64,000 nucleotides of DNA, taken from contig CAIVJR010000009.1 in NCBI GenBank assembly GCA_903906305.1, positions 36,687 through 100,686 of the forward strand. The letters run 5' to 3'. A program made the translations under genes and the position numbers. Source of the stretch: an uncultured bacterium. Its GTDB lineage: Bacteria > Patescibacteriota > Dojkabacteria > SC72. Under the pieces are notes generated by a model. That model saw only the letters and a program-made list of their open reading frames with translations. It did not search any database and was not told the DNA's origin. Positions 28,023-37,521 of this stretch are shown piece by piece (position 1 is the stretch's first letter; every line of letters starts with the position of its first letter).

Positions 28023-28526
28023 ATGAAACAAAATGACCCACAAGAGTCAGAGGTTTTTTCAGTAGAAGGTATTAAAGACCAAATATTTGATTGTATATTA
28101 ACTTGTGAGGTAGATGCATCATATTCTCATGACGGAAGTGATGATCTAGGTCGTTGGAGTGAAGTAAACAAAGTAATTGCAAATAGTTTGCACGAAATGA
28201 AAGCTATACCAAGTGAAAATGATATTTTGCCCGAAAGATCTCAATTGGTAGTTTGTAGATATGAAGAAGAAAATCCAATGTGGGGAGGGATATTTTTTAC
28301 AAGTAAAAGACATAAAAAAAATCTATTAGATGCTCTTCCAAATAGCTCTAGAGAGAAGTGTTCTGATAGACCATATTTTGGAGTTGTTGCTTTTAAAGAT
28401 GGGGTTGTACTCTTTTGTAGGTCATATGGAGGAGAAATGATAACTCCATCATTTGTACAAATAGAAGAGATAAACAAAAAACAGTTGAAATTTGTTAATA
28501 CATTGATTAATGCTTGGCTTGAATAA
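28023..28526 (+). CDS. Hypothetical protein (167 aa)
   Basis: ORF only; several Cys; no motif recognised. Confidence 0.4.
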   Translation: MKQNDPQESEVFSVEGIKDQIFDCILTCEVDASYSHDGSDDLGRWSEVNKVIANSLHEMKAIPSENDILPERSQLVVCRYEEENPMWGGIFFTSKRHKKNLLDALPNSSREKCSDRPYFGVVAFKDGVVLFCRSYGGEMITPSFVQIEEINKKQLKFVNTLINAWLE

Positions 28527-28586
28527 AAGCTTGTAAATATCGTATAAGCAATATATAATTCTTCCTATTCATGTATTTATATACAT

Positions 28587-28660
28587 GGGCCGCTAGCTCA
28601 TCCGGTTAGAGCAACTGCCTTTTAAGCAGTAGGTGCTGGGTCCGAGTCCCAGGCGGCTCA
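28587..28660 (+). tRNA. tRNA-Lys(TTT), CCA not encoded
   Basis: GGGCCGCTAGCTCATCCGGTTAGAGCAACTGCCTTTTAAGCAGTAGGTGCTGGGTCCGAGTCCCAGGCGGCTCA; anticodon loop CTTTTAA. Confidence 0.75.
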
Positions 28661-28727
28661 TTTTTCACTCTCTAGACTTATCCACATCCTTAACATATAA
28701 TAATGTATTAATCTAACCCATATACCA

Positions 28728-30065
28728 ATGATATCTAAGGTAGGGTTCGGAAGTAACGATATTAAATCTCAAACCGCCCAAACAGATCTGTATTCTAAAG
28801 AGCTCATATTTCAAGGAGCACTCAGATTCTTTTTGCATATTCCCAAAGATATAGACAAAAAAGCATTCAAGATAGCTAAAGATATACTTACAGAAATAGA
28901 AATATGGGAATTAGGATATGGGAATAAGAATTTTTCAAAGTTAAAAAACAATTCAATACTAGTAGGATATTTAGCATACAAATTTGGTGAACTCATAGGG
29001 CTGGATAAAAAGGAACTTTCAAATGTATATATTGCGGGTTTAGTACAGGACATAGGTAAGATATATATGTGTGATGGGAATAAAGCATTGGCATATGAAT
29101 ATATAACCTCACCATTAAAAAAAGGAGAAAAAGGATTTGATGAAATTGCTAAAGCATTAAAAAAATATCCATCGAAGACTAGAGAATATTTAGAAAAGAA
29201 AACTAAGCTAAACGGATATATTGTAGATTCAGCAACTAACTACCATGCAATATACAGTAATCTTTTTAAAGAAGGCTATCCCGATACTGACAAAGAAATA
29301 TCTCAATTAGATACGGTACTTTGGTTTGCAGATAGTTTAAGTGCTATTTCCTTTAGCAGTATTAATCAATTACAAAGAAACTACAGTAAGGATAGATACA
29401 TATCTTTGATTGAAGGATTTGAATTACTTAGAGAACAAACCGAAGAAAAGATTCCAAAGTTTTGGGGTAAAGCATCAAGTACTACTCTCATGAGTTTAGT
29501 ATTCACCATGATTATGGGTATGGTATCTACTTCTAAACTTCACGCCGCAAACTATACCTCTCAGGAGGTCATAGCCTTAGCTAATGAAGACAGAGCAACA
29601 TTGGGATTAGAACCATTAAATGCAGATGAGAAGCTTACCCAGGCGGCTCTAGACAAGGCAAGAGATATGCTGGAAAAGGGATACTGGGATCACTATGGTC
29701 CTAATGGTGAGACCCCATGGCAATTCATTAAGGGCAAAGGCTATGAATACAAAATAGCGGGGGAGAATCTAGCAAAGGGATATACTGATGCAAAGAAAAT
29801 GAATCAAGCATGGTTGAATAGTACAACTCACAGGGAGAATATTCTTAAACCCGAGTTCAACGAGATTGGTGTTGCTGTCGTAGATGGTACATTAGAAGGT
29901 CAGGATGTTACATTGGTTGTGCAGATGTTTGCTAAGGAAAAGGAAGAAACAAAAGTAGAGAGTACCAACAATGAGAGTTCAAATTTCCAGAGGAAAACAG
30001 AAGAGGGTATGTTGTTGAGTTTTAAGGATATATTGGAAAGGATAAGAGAACTTTTGAAGAGTTAA
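28728..30065 (+). CDS. Membrane protein: N-terminal HD/HDOD-like domain (degenerate), one TM helix, C-terminal extracytoplasmic CAP/SCP/PR1-like (YkwD-like) domain
   Basis: LVQDIGKIYM aligns with the HDIGK element of HD-type domains with His replaced by Gln; TM TLMSLVFTMIMGMVSTS; C-terminal GYWDHYGPNGE...HRENIL...FNEIGVAVV resembles CAP-domain motifs. Confidence 0.5.
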   Translation: MISKVGFGSNDIKSQTAQTDLYSKELIFQGALRFFLHIPKDIDKKAFKIAKDILTEIEIWELGYGNKNFSKLKNNSILVGYLAYKFGELIGLDKKELSNVYIAGLVQDIGKIYMCDGNKALAYEYITSPLKKGEKGFDEIAKALKKYPSKTREYLEKKTKLNGYIVDSATNYHAIYSNLFKEGYPDTDKEISQLDTVLWFADSLSAISFSSINQLQRNYSKDRYISLIEGFELLREQTEEKIPKFWGKASSTTLMSLVFTMIMGMVSTSKLHAANYTSQEVIALANEDRATLGLEPLNADEKLTQAALDKARDMLEKGYWDHYGPNGETPWQFIKGKGYEYKIAGENLAKGYTDAKKMNQAWLNSTTHRENILKPEFNEIGVAVVDGTLEGQDVTLVVQMFAKEKEETKVESTNNESSNFQRKTEEGMLLSFKDILERIRELLKS

Positions 30066-31504
30066 AGATTCAATACTACTCTTCCCACCTCATCTTCAAC
30101 ACCTTGTCCAAGATGTAATAGGGTTTGTTCATCAAAATGTTTTCCTATGAACTGTATACCCGTAGGCATACCATTAGACAATCCAGAAGGAACTGTTAAT
30201 CCTGGTAAACCGACTTCAGAACTACCCTCAGCTAATACATCCGCTATTTCTCCAAACAATGGATTATCTGCATCCTTGTCTCTTAATGCAACCGATGGAG
30301 TAGTAGGAGCTACAATAGCATCGTATTTACCTAATACATTTTCCAAATCTTCTCGTATTAACTGCCTAACCTGTTCTGATTTTCTAAAATATTCATCTGC
30401 ATATCCTGCTGAGAGTGAAAATGTCCCCGTCATTATTCTTCTCTTAGCTTCCTCTCCAAATCCTTCACCTCTGGTAGATTCATAGAATATCTTTACATTC
30501 TCATTCTTACTACCTTCTAAACCATATCTAGTACCATCATATCTAGCTAAGTTTGAGGATACTTCGCTCCTACAAGTAATGGTATACACGGCTATACCAT
30601 ACTTGGGATCCATAATGTTTACCTCTTCCACTATGGCACCTAAACTTCTTAATATATTTACTGAATTTTCAAAATTCTTTCGAACACCTTCTTCAATATC
30701 TAGTTCTAAATATTCCTTAGGTAATGCTAATCTCATCCCCTTTATCTTGTTTACATCTAATTGTGCTAAATAGTCCTGTATTGGAAGTTTTGAAGATGTA
30801 AAATCATGTGGGTCATATCCTGCAATTATACCTAACATATATGCAGCATCTTTAACCGTCTTAACTATTGGTCCTGGGCAATCTAAAGATGATCCCATTG
30901 CTAATACTCCATACCTTGGTACTCTTCCATATGTTGGTTTAAGTCCAACAGTTCCACACCATGAGGATGGTAATCTAATGGAGCCTGCAGTTTCAGTGCC
31001 TAGAGAGCCTGTACACATGTCTGCAGCAATTGCAGCAGCCGAACCTCCACTTGATCCTCCTGGTAGTGTTTCTTTGTTCCAAGGGTTTCTAGTAGGTCCG
31101 TAGTATGATGTAATTGTGGATGATCCATGACAGAACTGATCGAGGTTGGTTTTACCTAAGATTATAGCTTCTTCATTTAGTATTCTTTTAGTTACTGTTG
31201 ATTCATATACTGGGGTGTATCCATCTAGTATGTGCGATGCAGCTGTGGTTGGTATATTCTTTGTTGAGAAGATATCTTTAACTGCAATTGGTATCCCTGC
31301 AAGTTTTTTGTCTTTTAATGTATCAAAGTTGTTGTCAAAATTAGATGCTTTCTTTAGGGCATTTTCGGCATCTACAGTTATGTATGCATTGAGTTCTTTG
31401 TCTAACTTACCGATTCTTTGGAGGTAGTAATTAGTTACTTCTGTAGCTGAGATGTTCTTTGAAAGTAGTTTTTCTCTGAGTTCTGTAATGCTAAGATTTT
31501 CCAC
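30062..31504 (-). CDS. gatA: Glu-tRNA(Gln) amidotransferase subunit A (amidase signature family)
   Basis: GGSSGGSAAAIAA amidase signature; 480 aa. Confidence 0.9.
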   Translation of the reverse strand: MENLSITELREKLLSKNISATEVTNYYLQRIGKLDKELNAYITVDAENALKKASNFDNNFDTLKDKKLAGIPIAVKDIFSTKNIPTTAASHILDGYTPVYESTVTKRILNEEAIILGKTNLDQFCHGSSTITSYYGPTRNPWNKETLPGGSSGGSAAAIAADMCTGSLGTETAGSIRLPSSWCGTVGLKPTYGRVPRYGVLAMGSSLDCPGPIVKTVKDAAYMLGIIAGYDPHDFTSSKLPIQDYLAQLDVNKIKGMRLALPKEYLELDIEEGVRKNFENSVNILRSLGAIVEEVNIMDPKYGIAVYTITCRSEVSSNLARYDGTRYGLEGSKNENVKIFYESTRGEGFGEEAKRRIMTGTFSLSAGYADEYFRKSEQVRQLIREDLENVLGKYDAIVAPTTPSVALRDKDADNPLFGEIADVLAEGSSEVGLPGLTVPSGLSNGMPTGIQFIGKHFDEQTLLHLGQGVEDEVGRVVLNL

Positions 31505-31543
31505 CAGTTGTGTTAAGAATATATTAATTACTATGCAATTCTA

Positions 31544-32137
31544 TCAAAGAATCCACAAAATGAGAATGGATATGGTTGCAGATACTAATGTTCCTATGAT
31601 GGTTTGCATAACGGTATGCTTTTTCAATATAACCCTAGAGGCTGCAATGAGTGGTGTGAAAAGGAATATTAGTGGTAGGAAGGTTGCATATGGGAAGAGG
31701 TATATGAGAGTGAAGAAGAGGAGTGTAGAGAATGTCATATGTCCACTCATTTTCCAATACAGGGTGACTATGGTTAGAATACATTGGGCAACAAAGATAG
31801 CTAGGGTAATATGTATGAGTGTTGTGTCTTTAACAAGGAAGGATGTGAGAAGGAATAGCGCAAGGTAGCCAATTGTAGTTATTGTGAAGTAGGGTGGTCT
31901 TTCTTCCCTTTTAGTGAATTCGTAGTCGGAGATCTTTCCCATTCTATGTAGTATGACAAATGGTGCTATGGTTACCAATATGTACAGTAATGGGAAGAGG
32001 AGTTTGTAGAATATGCTTACATCAGATACCGCAAATGCAATGGTTGGTACTAGAATCATGGTTAGGAAACCATTAAATATTTCTGAGATGATTCTTGAGA
32101 CTTTGAGTAGTATATTCTTTTTCATATATCTAACCAT
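31544..32137 (-). CDS. PAP2-family lipid phosphatase (membrane)
   Basis: KREERPP (KxxxxRP), SGH (PSGH-like), SRVILKKH (SRxxxxxH) acid-phosphatase motifs in a 6-TM protein. Confidence 0.55.
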   Translation of the reverse strand: MVRYMKKNILLKVSRIISEIFNGFLTMILVPTIAFAVSDVSIFYKLLFPLLYILVTIAPFVILHRMGKISDYEFTKREERPPYFTITTIGYLALFLLTSFLVKDTTLIHITLAIFVAQCILTIVTLYWKMSGHMTFSTLLFFTLIYLFPYATFLPLIFLFTPLIAASRVILKKHTVMQTIIGTLVSATISILILWIL

Positions 32138-32206
32138 TGTAGCTTAGATGGAGGCAGAAAAAAAGGCACAGTTGCCTGTGCCTTTTCTGAGACTAAATAT
32201 ATTCCC

Positions 32207-35200
32207 CTACTTTATATTTTTCTCTTTGTCCTCTTCTTCTTTTCTTCTTCTAGCAATTAAGAAGATTATGAAGGAGAGGAGTGATACTCCACCGATTACA
32301 TATACCCACCATGGAATTGGTTTTCCATCGGCTTCTTCGTTATTGGTATCTTGTGTACCTTTTACTTCTTCCTGATTTACAGGAGAGGATGTTTCTTCCT
32401 CTTCTTCAGTGGTTTCTACTCCTTGAACTGCTTCTGGTGTAACTTCAGCTACTGTTGCTGCACCTCTTACTGCTTGCTGAGGTACTGCTGCAACTATCAC
32501 ACTTGATGCATATGGATCATTTCCTTCAACTATTGTATTGGAATCACTTCTATTTCCAGCTGTATCTACTACATAGTATGTGAAGATATGCGTTCCTACA
32601 CTTAATGTATTGATTAAAGCTGTTATATCCCAACTGTAACCTGTTCCAAACAATGGTAAGCAGGTTTGGGTGTTTGTATCTATTACATAACAGACTTGAG
32701 AGAGCTCGGTGTTATCACTTAATGCTAGGGATCTTGGTGTTGTATCTCCTGTTGTGAATGTAGTTGCTGCTAATACCTGAGCCAAAGGATTTGTCTTATC
32801 AATCTTTACTACTTCGGATGTTTGTACTGCTTCAACATTCCCAGCCATATCCTCTGAGTAGAATGTTATCGTGTTCAAACCTTCTTCAGAAACTGTTACT
32901 GTATTTCCAATCTGTTCTGTACCACCATTGACTGAATAGTGTGTTAGGTAACATCCACTTCCATCAATGTCTGTACATGTTAAGGTTACTGTTACATCAG
33001 TGTTATGCCATTGCGAATCGATACCTGATGCTGTGGTTACAGGTGCAAGCATAGGGGTTGTGTATTCTGTGTATGGTGTGACTGACATTATATTTCCTGC
33101 TAAATCATGTACATTCTGTACTCCCCATTGTTGTTCTGGAGATAGGTACCAACCTGCGTTTAAGAATGTAACTGTAGCTGTGTTTGTTTCTGAATCATAA
33201 GTGATTGAAGCATCACCTAACAAATCTCCTGTCCCTCCAGCGGTTGGCCAGTTATTCAAGAAGTAATTTGTTGGGTTTGTTGCATCCGCCTCGTTCATTG
33301 GTTCACTAAATACAGCTTTGAAACCAGTTGCTGATGGGCTTGGAATGTCAAATATTAAGTCAACAGTTGGAGCTGTGTTATCAACATTAACGGTTAACCA
33401 TTCAACAGATCCAGCATCCTTATTATTTGCTGCATCTCTAGCTTCTAACTTGATGGTATATTGACCATCAGGAAGTGAGGTTGTATTCCAGTTTAAAAGT
33501 AGTTTATCTGTGAAAGAAGTAGTGTCATTAACAGTTCCTGGTCCTGCTACTTTTGTGCCACTACTATTTGTAATGACAAACCAGTAGTGATGTGGATTTG
33601 TATCAGTTACTGTTCCTCTAACTTCTATTGTAGCTGAAAGATGAGTAGATGTTGGAGAGGTGATCTCTACATCTGGTGCGGTTGTATCTACAATTAATGA
33701 ACCATAGTGGGTGGTAGAGGTTATGTTTCCTGCGTTATCTAATGTTCTAATATTGAAATACCAAATACCATCTGAAAGCACAGGGCTTGTTACATTGGTT
33801 GTCCCAACAGGTAACCAGTTTGAAGGAGAGATTATTGGTGTCTCTGGAGTATTTGAGAATGAGTAGTAGTATCCGGCAACACCACTAATTGCATCAGATG
33901 CTCCACTAAAGGTTATATCAATTGTATTATCATTCTTTGGTGTGTTTAAGGAGTGTGATGCTACAAAGGATGTTGGGTCTTGTGGTAATTGATTGTCCCA
34001 TATAAATGAGTCAGCAATTCCTGTTCCTGGGAGGGCGTGTACTTGATCCCATGCATAAGGAGTGAATGTGTATGTGACTCCATTTTGCAATGCAGGAAGA
34101 GTCTTCGTTAATGTCCAATTCTCATTTCCTGAGACATTGTGCAACATTGGGATAACTGTCCATGTATTTCCTATTAACCAATATCTGTTATTACTACTTC
34201 TCTTAAGCGTAACCATTACATTTGTTATTTCACTTACTGTATCTGAAGCTACACCTTTTACAAGAGGGAGGCTGTTAGGACCATAGAATGGGTTATCTAT
34301 GATTGTTTGAGATTGTGGTAAATTCTTATCTACCTTTCTTTCTACAATATTTGAAACAACTGTATTTCCAGCATTATCTTTAACCTTTGCGCTAATCTCT
34401 AATCCGGCGTTATCAAATAACTGGTTACTTGGTACACCAAATGTACATCTATTTCCTACAAGCGTTCCATTGCTCCACGTTGTTCCATTTAGTGTGTACA
34501 TACATGAAGTATGATCAATTCCACTTAATGAATCAGATACGGGTACGGTTATTAAGAAGCCTGTTTGTCCATTTACATACTTACTTAAATAGTCAACAAC
34601 GATATTTACATTTCCAATAGTAGGAAGAGTTGTATCATATGTGATATTTGTCATCATAGGGCTATGTTCCATATTCCCTGCGGTATCAATGCCTTCGGCT
34701 TTTATGTCAAATGTCCCTTCATATGGAGGGGTCCATTCATATCCCCAGTCAAATGGTAATGAGCTTGAGGTGTTATCTATTGAATCTATATAAGTCCAAT
34801 CAGAGGATAGGTCTGAGTTTCTGAAATACAAACTTACCGAAGATACATTATTTGCATCTGTAGATGTTCCTAATATATTTATTGCAGATCCGTTATTTGA
34901 ATTTGAAAGATTATTTCCAAACAATGAAACTGGAGCTATATTGTCTACAGTTATTTTCCAGGCATCTGTCCATGCTGATTTGTTTCCAGCATTATCGACA
35001 GCTTGTACTCTCCACCAGAAAGTAGCGTCAGCAACATTTACAGCTGTTTTGCTTGTTGTAGTAAAGGTTTGGCTCCATCTCAAGCTAGTTAGGTTTGAGT
35101 CATTGTAGCTTTCATAATTATAGTAAGCTACATCTGTGCTGGTATCTGACCAAACATTAGTTACTGAAGCACCATTTACATATACTCCGTCAGAAGGTGA

Positions 35201-37339
35201 TACTAAAACAGGAGTTGCTGGAGCTGTCTGATCATAGTAATAATGTACCCACTCACTCCAAACTCCTTCATTTCCTGCATTATCGAATGCTTGTACTCTG
35301 AAACTTACTCCGCCTTGTTCACTGATACTGGGAGTATGGTTTCTTTGGCTTGCTGTTGTTGTTCTGTATGGTGCTCCTGAGAATGTATGACCATCATCGT
35401 ATTTATATTCAATTCGGTACAATTGTATTCCTGATGGATCTGATACATCAGTCCAATCATTTAGAATAGTGTTGACATTAAAGTATTGTTCTGGTGTTGG
35501 AGATACAATTATTGGGGCTTCTGGCCCTGTTTTATCGTATGTGATTTCACAGAGAGATGTCCAATCTGAGACATTACCGGCTTTATCCTTTGCTCTTACC
35601 TTTATCTGGTGTAGTCCTTCATTTAAAGTTCCTGTATATTGTGAATTTGCAAAGAAGGAATTCCAAGTTCCTTGTCCACCAGTTGGGAGGGGATAGTTAA
35701 TGCTGTAATCATATCCGGCCAATGCGAAATTATCGGTAGAATCGTTCCAATCTACTGTATTAACTCCAACATTAGTAACTGCTCCACATGAGAACACAGG
35801 ATTTGAGAATCTAAGATTTTGTGGTATTGCAGGTACAGTATTATCTACTGTAATCTTCCATGCATCTGTCCATGAGCTTTCATTTCCAATTCCATCTATT
35901 GCCTTTACGTGCCAGTAATATTCCCCTTCTGGAGTCCCAGTTGTTGATATCTGAGAATCAGAAAGTGGAGATGAGGTGTAAACGGGTGATACAAAAGAAC
36001 CATCAGGATTTAGGCTTGGTGAAAGTGAAGATTGATATATGTATGATACAGGAGAGGAAGGATCTGTCACGGTAGTCCAATCGATTAATGTCTGAGAGGC
36101 TGTAGTTTTGAAACTATTATTCTCAGGGGATATGTGAGTAGGGATATCTACACTTCGATCAATCTCTAGACATCCAGTAACATTAAATGTGTAAGGCATA
36201 TTGACGGCATTATAATTATCCCAACCAGGGATTGCTCCATATGCAAACTCGCCCCATGTATATGCACTTGTTCCTTTTTTTACACCATATATATCTGAGA
36301 TTGCAGTATCGCCTTCAACACTTAAGGATATGGTACCGCTTGATATTGCCATTGTTAAATCGAGTATTCCATCTACTGGTATTGTGTAATCTCTGAAATT
36401 GCTTACAATTTCTCCACCTTGGTTTCCATCAGAAGGGCCAATTCTTACAAGTGTAGATGTTCGTCTAAAAATATATGCGTAAGCACCGCTCTGGTATCCA
36501 GTTTTTCCAGTTTCTAATAATCCTTTATCAAGTAAACCTACCATTGAAACTGCCCCTATAGGCATTGAATTAACATCTATTGTCCCAGTAAATATGGTTG
36601 CCGTATTATTTGGATCACAAACATAGGCTGGGTTACCCCATTGATATGCGTGAGAATATATTGATGGTGCTGTGCTACCTACATATCTTAAATACCAATT
36701 TCCAGCAGTAGAACTAGAGTCTTCAATTACTCCGACAGAACCTTCAAATGTAACAACAAATATGGTGAAATGGTCTAAATTGCTGATGGTTAATAAACTA
36801 CCATTCCCCACAACATTCTTAATATCTTTTGCATCTACTAATCCACTAACATTCTCAGCATATATAACCTTAGTATTATCTCCAACCTTAGGTAATGTAA
36901 GATCATATTCAAATGAACCATCCGTCATATCCGTTGTAATATCATATGCAACATCCGAAGCCGCATTAGTTGCTTTAACCTGTTCATCTGTTAGATATAT
37001 TGTTTTGATTGTAAGCGTACTTGAAACAGCAGGAAGTTTGGAGAAGGTAACAGTAACTGCAGGATTAATAGGGTAGGTATATGTCTCTCCAATTACAACA
37101 GGAGAAGAAGTAGTAGCAGATTCCCCAGAAGTCATCCATGTAGGCTTTGCAATCTCCTCAGGATCTGAAATACCCTCATCAAGAATATCTCCCTCAGTAT
37201 CAGTTACTACTGATTCGGTTGAAGCAGCATCCTGCACAGGCATAAGGGATTCTATGGCTAGAAGAGGTTGAGCAAATGTAAACAAAATGAGGAATGCAGA
37301 GGTAAATAACCTCAAACCGAAAGTAGAAGATCTCTTCAT
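32207..37339 (-). CDS. Giant (1710 aa) cell-surface protein with signal peptide, many Ig-like/Big/FN3-like repeats and a C-terminal TM anchor plus basic tail
   Basis: Signal MKRSSTFGLRLFTSAFLILFTFAQPLLA; recurring repeat endings DNAGNxS...W(T/S)(D/E)...TVDNTxP (e.g. SSWTDAWKITVDNTVP, SAWTDAWKITVDNIAP, WSEWVHYYYDQTAP); C-terminal WWVYVIGGVSLLSFIIFLIARRRKEE. Confidence 0.8.
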   Translation of the reverse strand: MKRSSTFGLRLFTSAFLILFTFAQPLLAIESLMPVQDAASTESVVTDTEGDILDEGISDPEEIAKPTWMTSGESATTSSPVVIGETYTYPINPAVTVTFSKLPAVSSTLTIKTIYLTDEQVKATNAASDVAYDITTDMTDGSFEYDLTLPKVGDNTKVIYAENVSGLVDAKDIKNVVGNGSLLTISNLDHFTIFVVTFEGSVGVIEDSSSTAGNWYLRYVGSTAPSIYSHAYQWGNPAYVCDPNNTATIFTGTIDVNSMPIGAVSMVGLLDKGLLETGKTGYQSGAYAYIFRRTSTLVRIGPSDGNQGGEIVSNFRDYTIPVDGILDLTMAISSGTISLSVEGDTAISDIYGVKKGTSAYTWGEFAYGAIPGWDNYNAVNMPYTFNVTGCLEIDRSVDIPTHISPENNSFKTTASQTLIDWTTVTDPSSPVSYIYQSSLSPSLNPDGSFVSPVYTSSPLSDSQISTTGTPEGEYYWHVKAIDGIGNESSWTDAWKITVDNTVPAIPQNLRFSNPVFSCGAVTNVGVNTVDWNDSTDNFALAGYDYSINYPLPTGGQGTWNSFFANSQYTGTLNEGLHQIKVRAKDKAGNVSDWTSLCEITYDKTGPEAPIIVSPTPEQYFNVNTILNDWTDVSDPSGIQLYRIEYKYDDGHTFSGAPYRTTTASQRNHTPSISEQGGVSFRVQAFDNAGNEGVWSEWVHYYYDQTAPATPVLVSPSDGVYVNGASVTNVWSDTSTDVAYYNYESYNDSNLTSLRWSQTFTTTSKTAVNVADATFWWRVQAVDNAGNKSAWTDAWKITVDNIAPVSLFGNNLSNSNNGSAINILGTSTDANNVSSVSLYFRNSDLSSDWTYIDSIDNTSSSLPFDWGYEWTPPYEGTFDIKAEGIDTAGNMEHSPMMTNITYDTTLPTIGNVNIVVDYLSKYVNGQTGFLITVPVSDSLSGIDHTSCMYTLNGTTWSNGTLVGNRCTFGVPSNQLFDNAGLEISAKVKDNAGNTVVSNIVERKVDKNLPQSQTIIDNPFYGPNSLPLVKGVASDTVSEITNVMVTLKRSSNNRYWLIGNTWTVIPMLHNVSGNENWTLTKTLPALQNGVTYTFTPYAWDQVHALPGTGIADSFIWDNQLPQDPTSFVASHSLNTPKNDNTIDITFSGASDAISGVAGYYYSFSNTPETPIISPSNWLPVGTTNVTSPVLSDGIWYFNIRTLDNAGNITSTTHYGSLIVDTTAPDVEITSPTSTHLSATIEVRGTVTDTNPHHYWFVITNSSGTKVAGPGTVNDTTSFTDKLLLNWNTTSLPDGQYTIKLEARDAANNKDAGSVEWLTVNVDNTAPTVDLIFDIPSPSATGFKAVFSEPMNEADATNPTNYFLNNWPTAGGTGDLLGDASITYDSETNTATVTFLNAGWYLSPEQQWGVQNVHDLAGNIMSVTPYTEYTTPMLAPVTTASGIDSQWHNTDVTVTLTCTDIDGSGCYLTHYSVNGGTEQIGNTVTVSEEGLNTITFYSEDMAGNVEAVQTSEVVKIDKTNPLAQVLAATTFTTGDTTPRSLALSDNTELSQVCYVIDTNTQTCLPLFGTGYSWDITALINTLSVGTHIFTYYVVDTAGNRSDSNTIVEGNDPYASSVIVAAVPQQAVRGAATVAEVTPEAVQGVETTEEEEETSSPVNQEEVKGTQDTNNEEADGKPIPWWVYVIGGVSLLSFIIFLIARRRKEEEDKEKNIK

Positions 37340-37521
37340 GAATTAAAAAGACATTTAATTTATGTTAAGAAGTTTTACTTTGAAAATAGTCGCCGCAAAA
37401 CCTCTCTGTACAGATCGGTTTCGCCATTAGCTCCTCTTGATTCATATAGCGACCAAAACGGAATCAAGTATCAATGCCCCTGTCCTATAACATACAATTT
37501 TTAAAATGGAAAATCAATACC

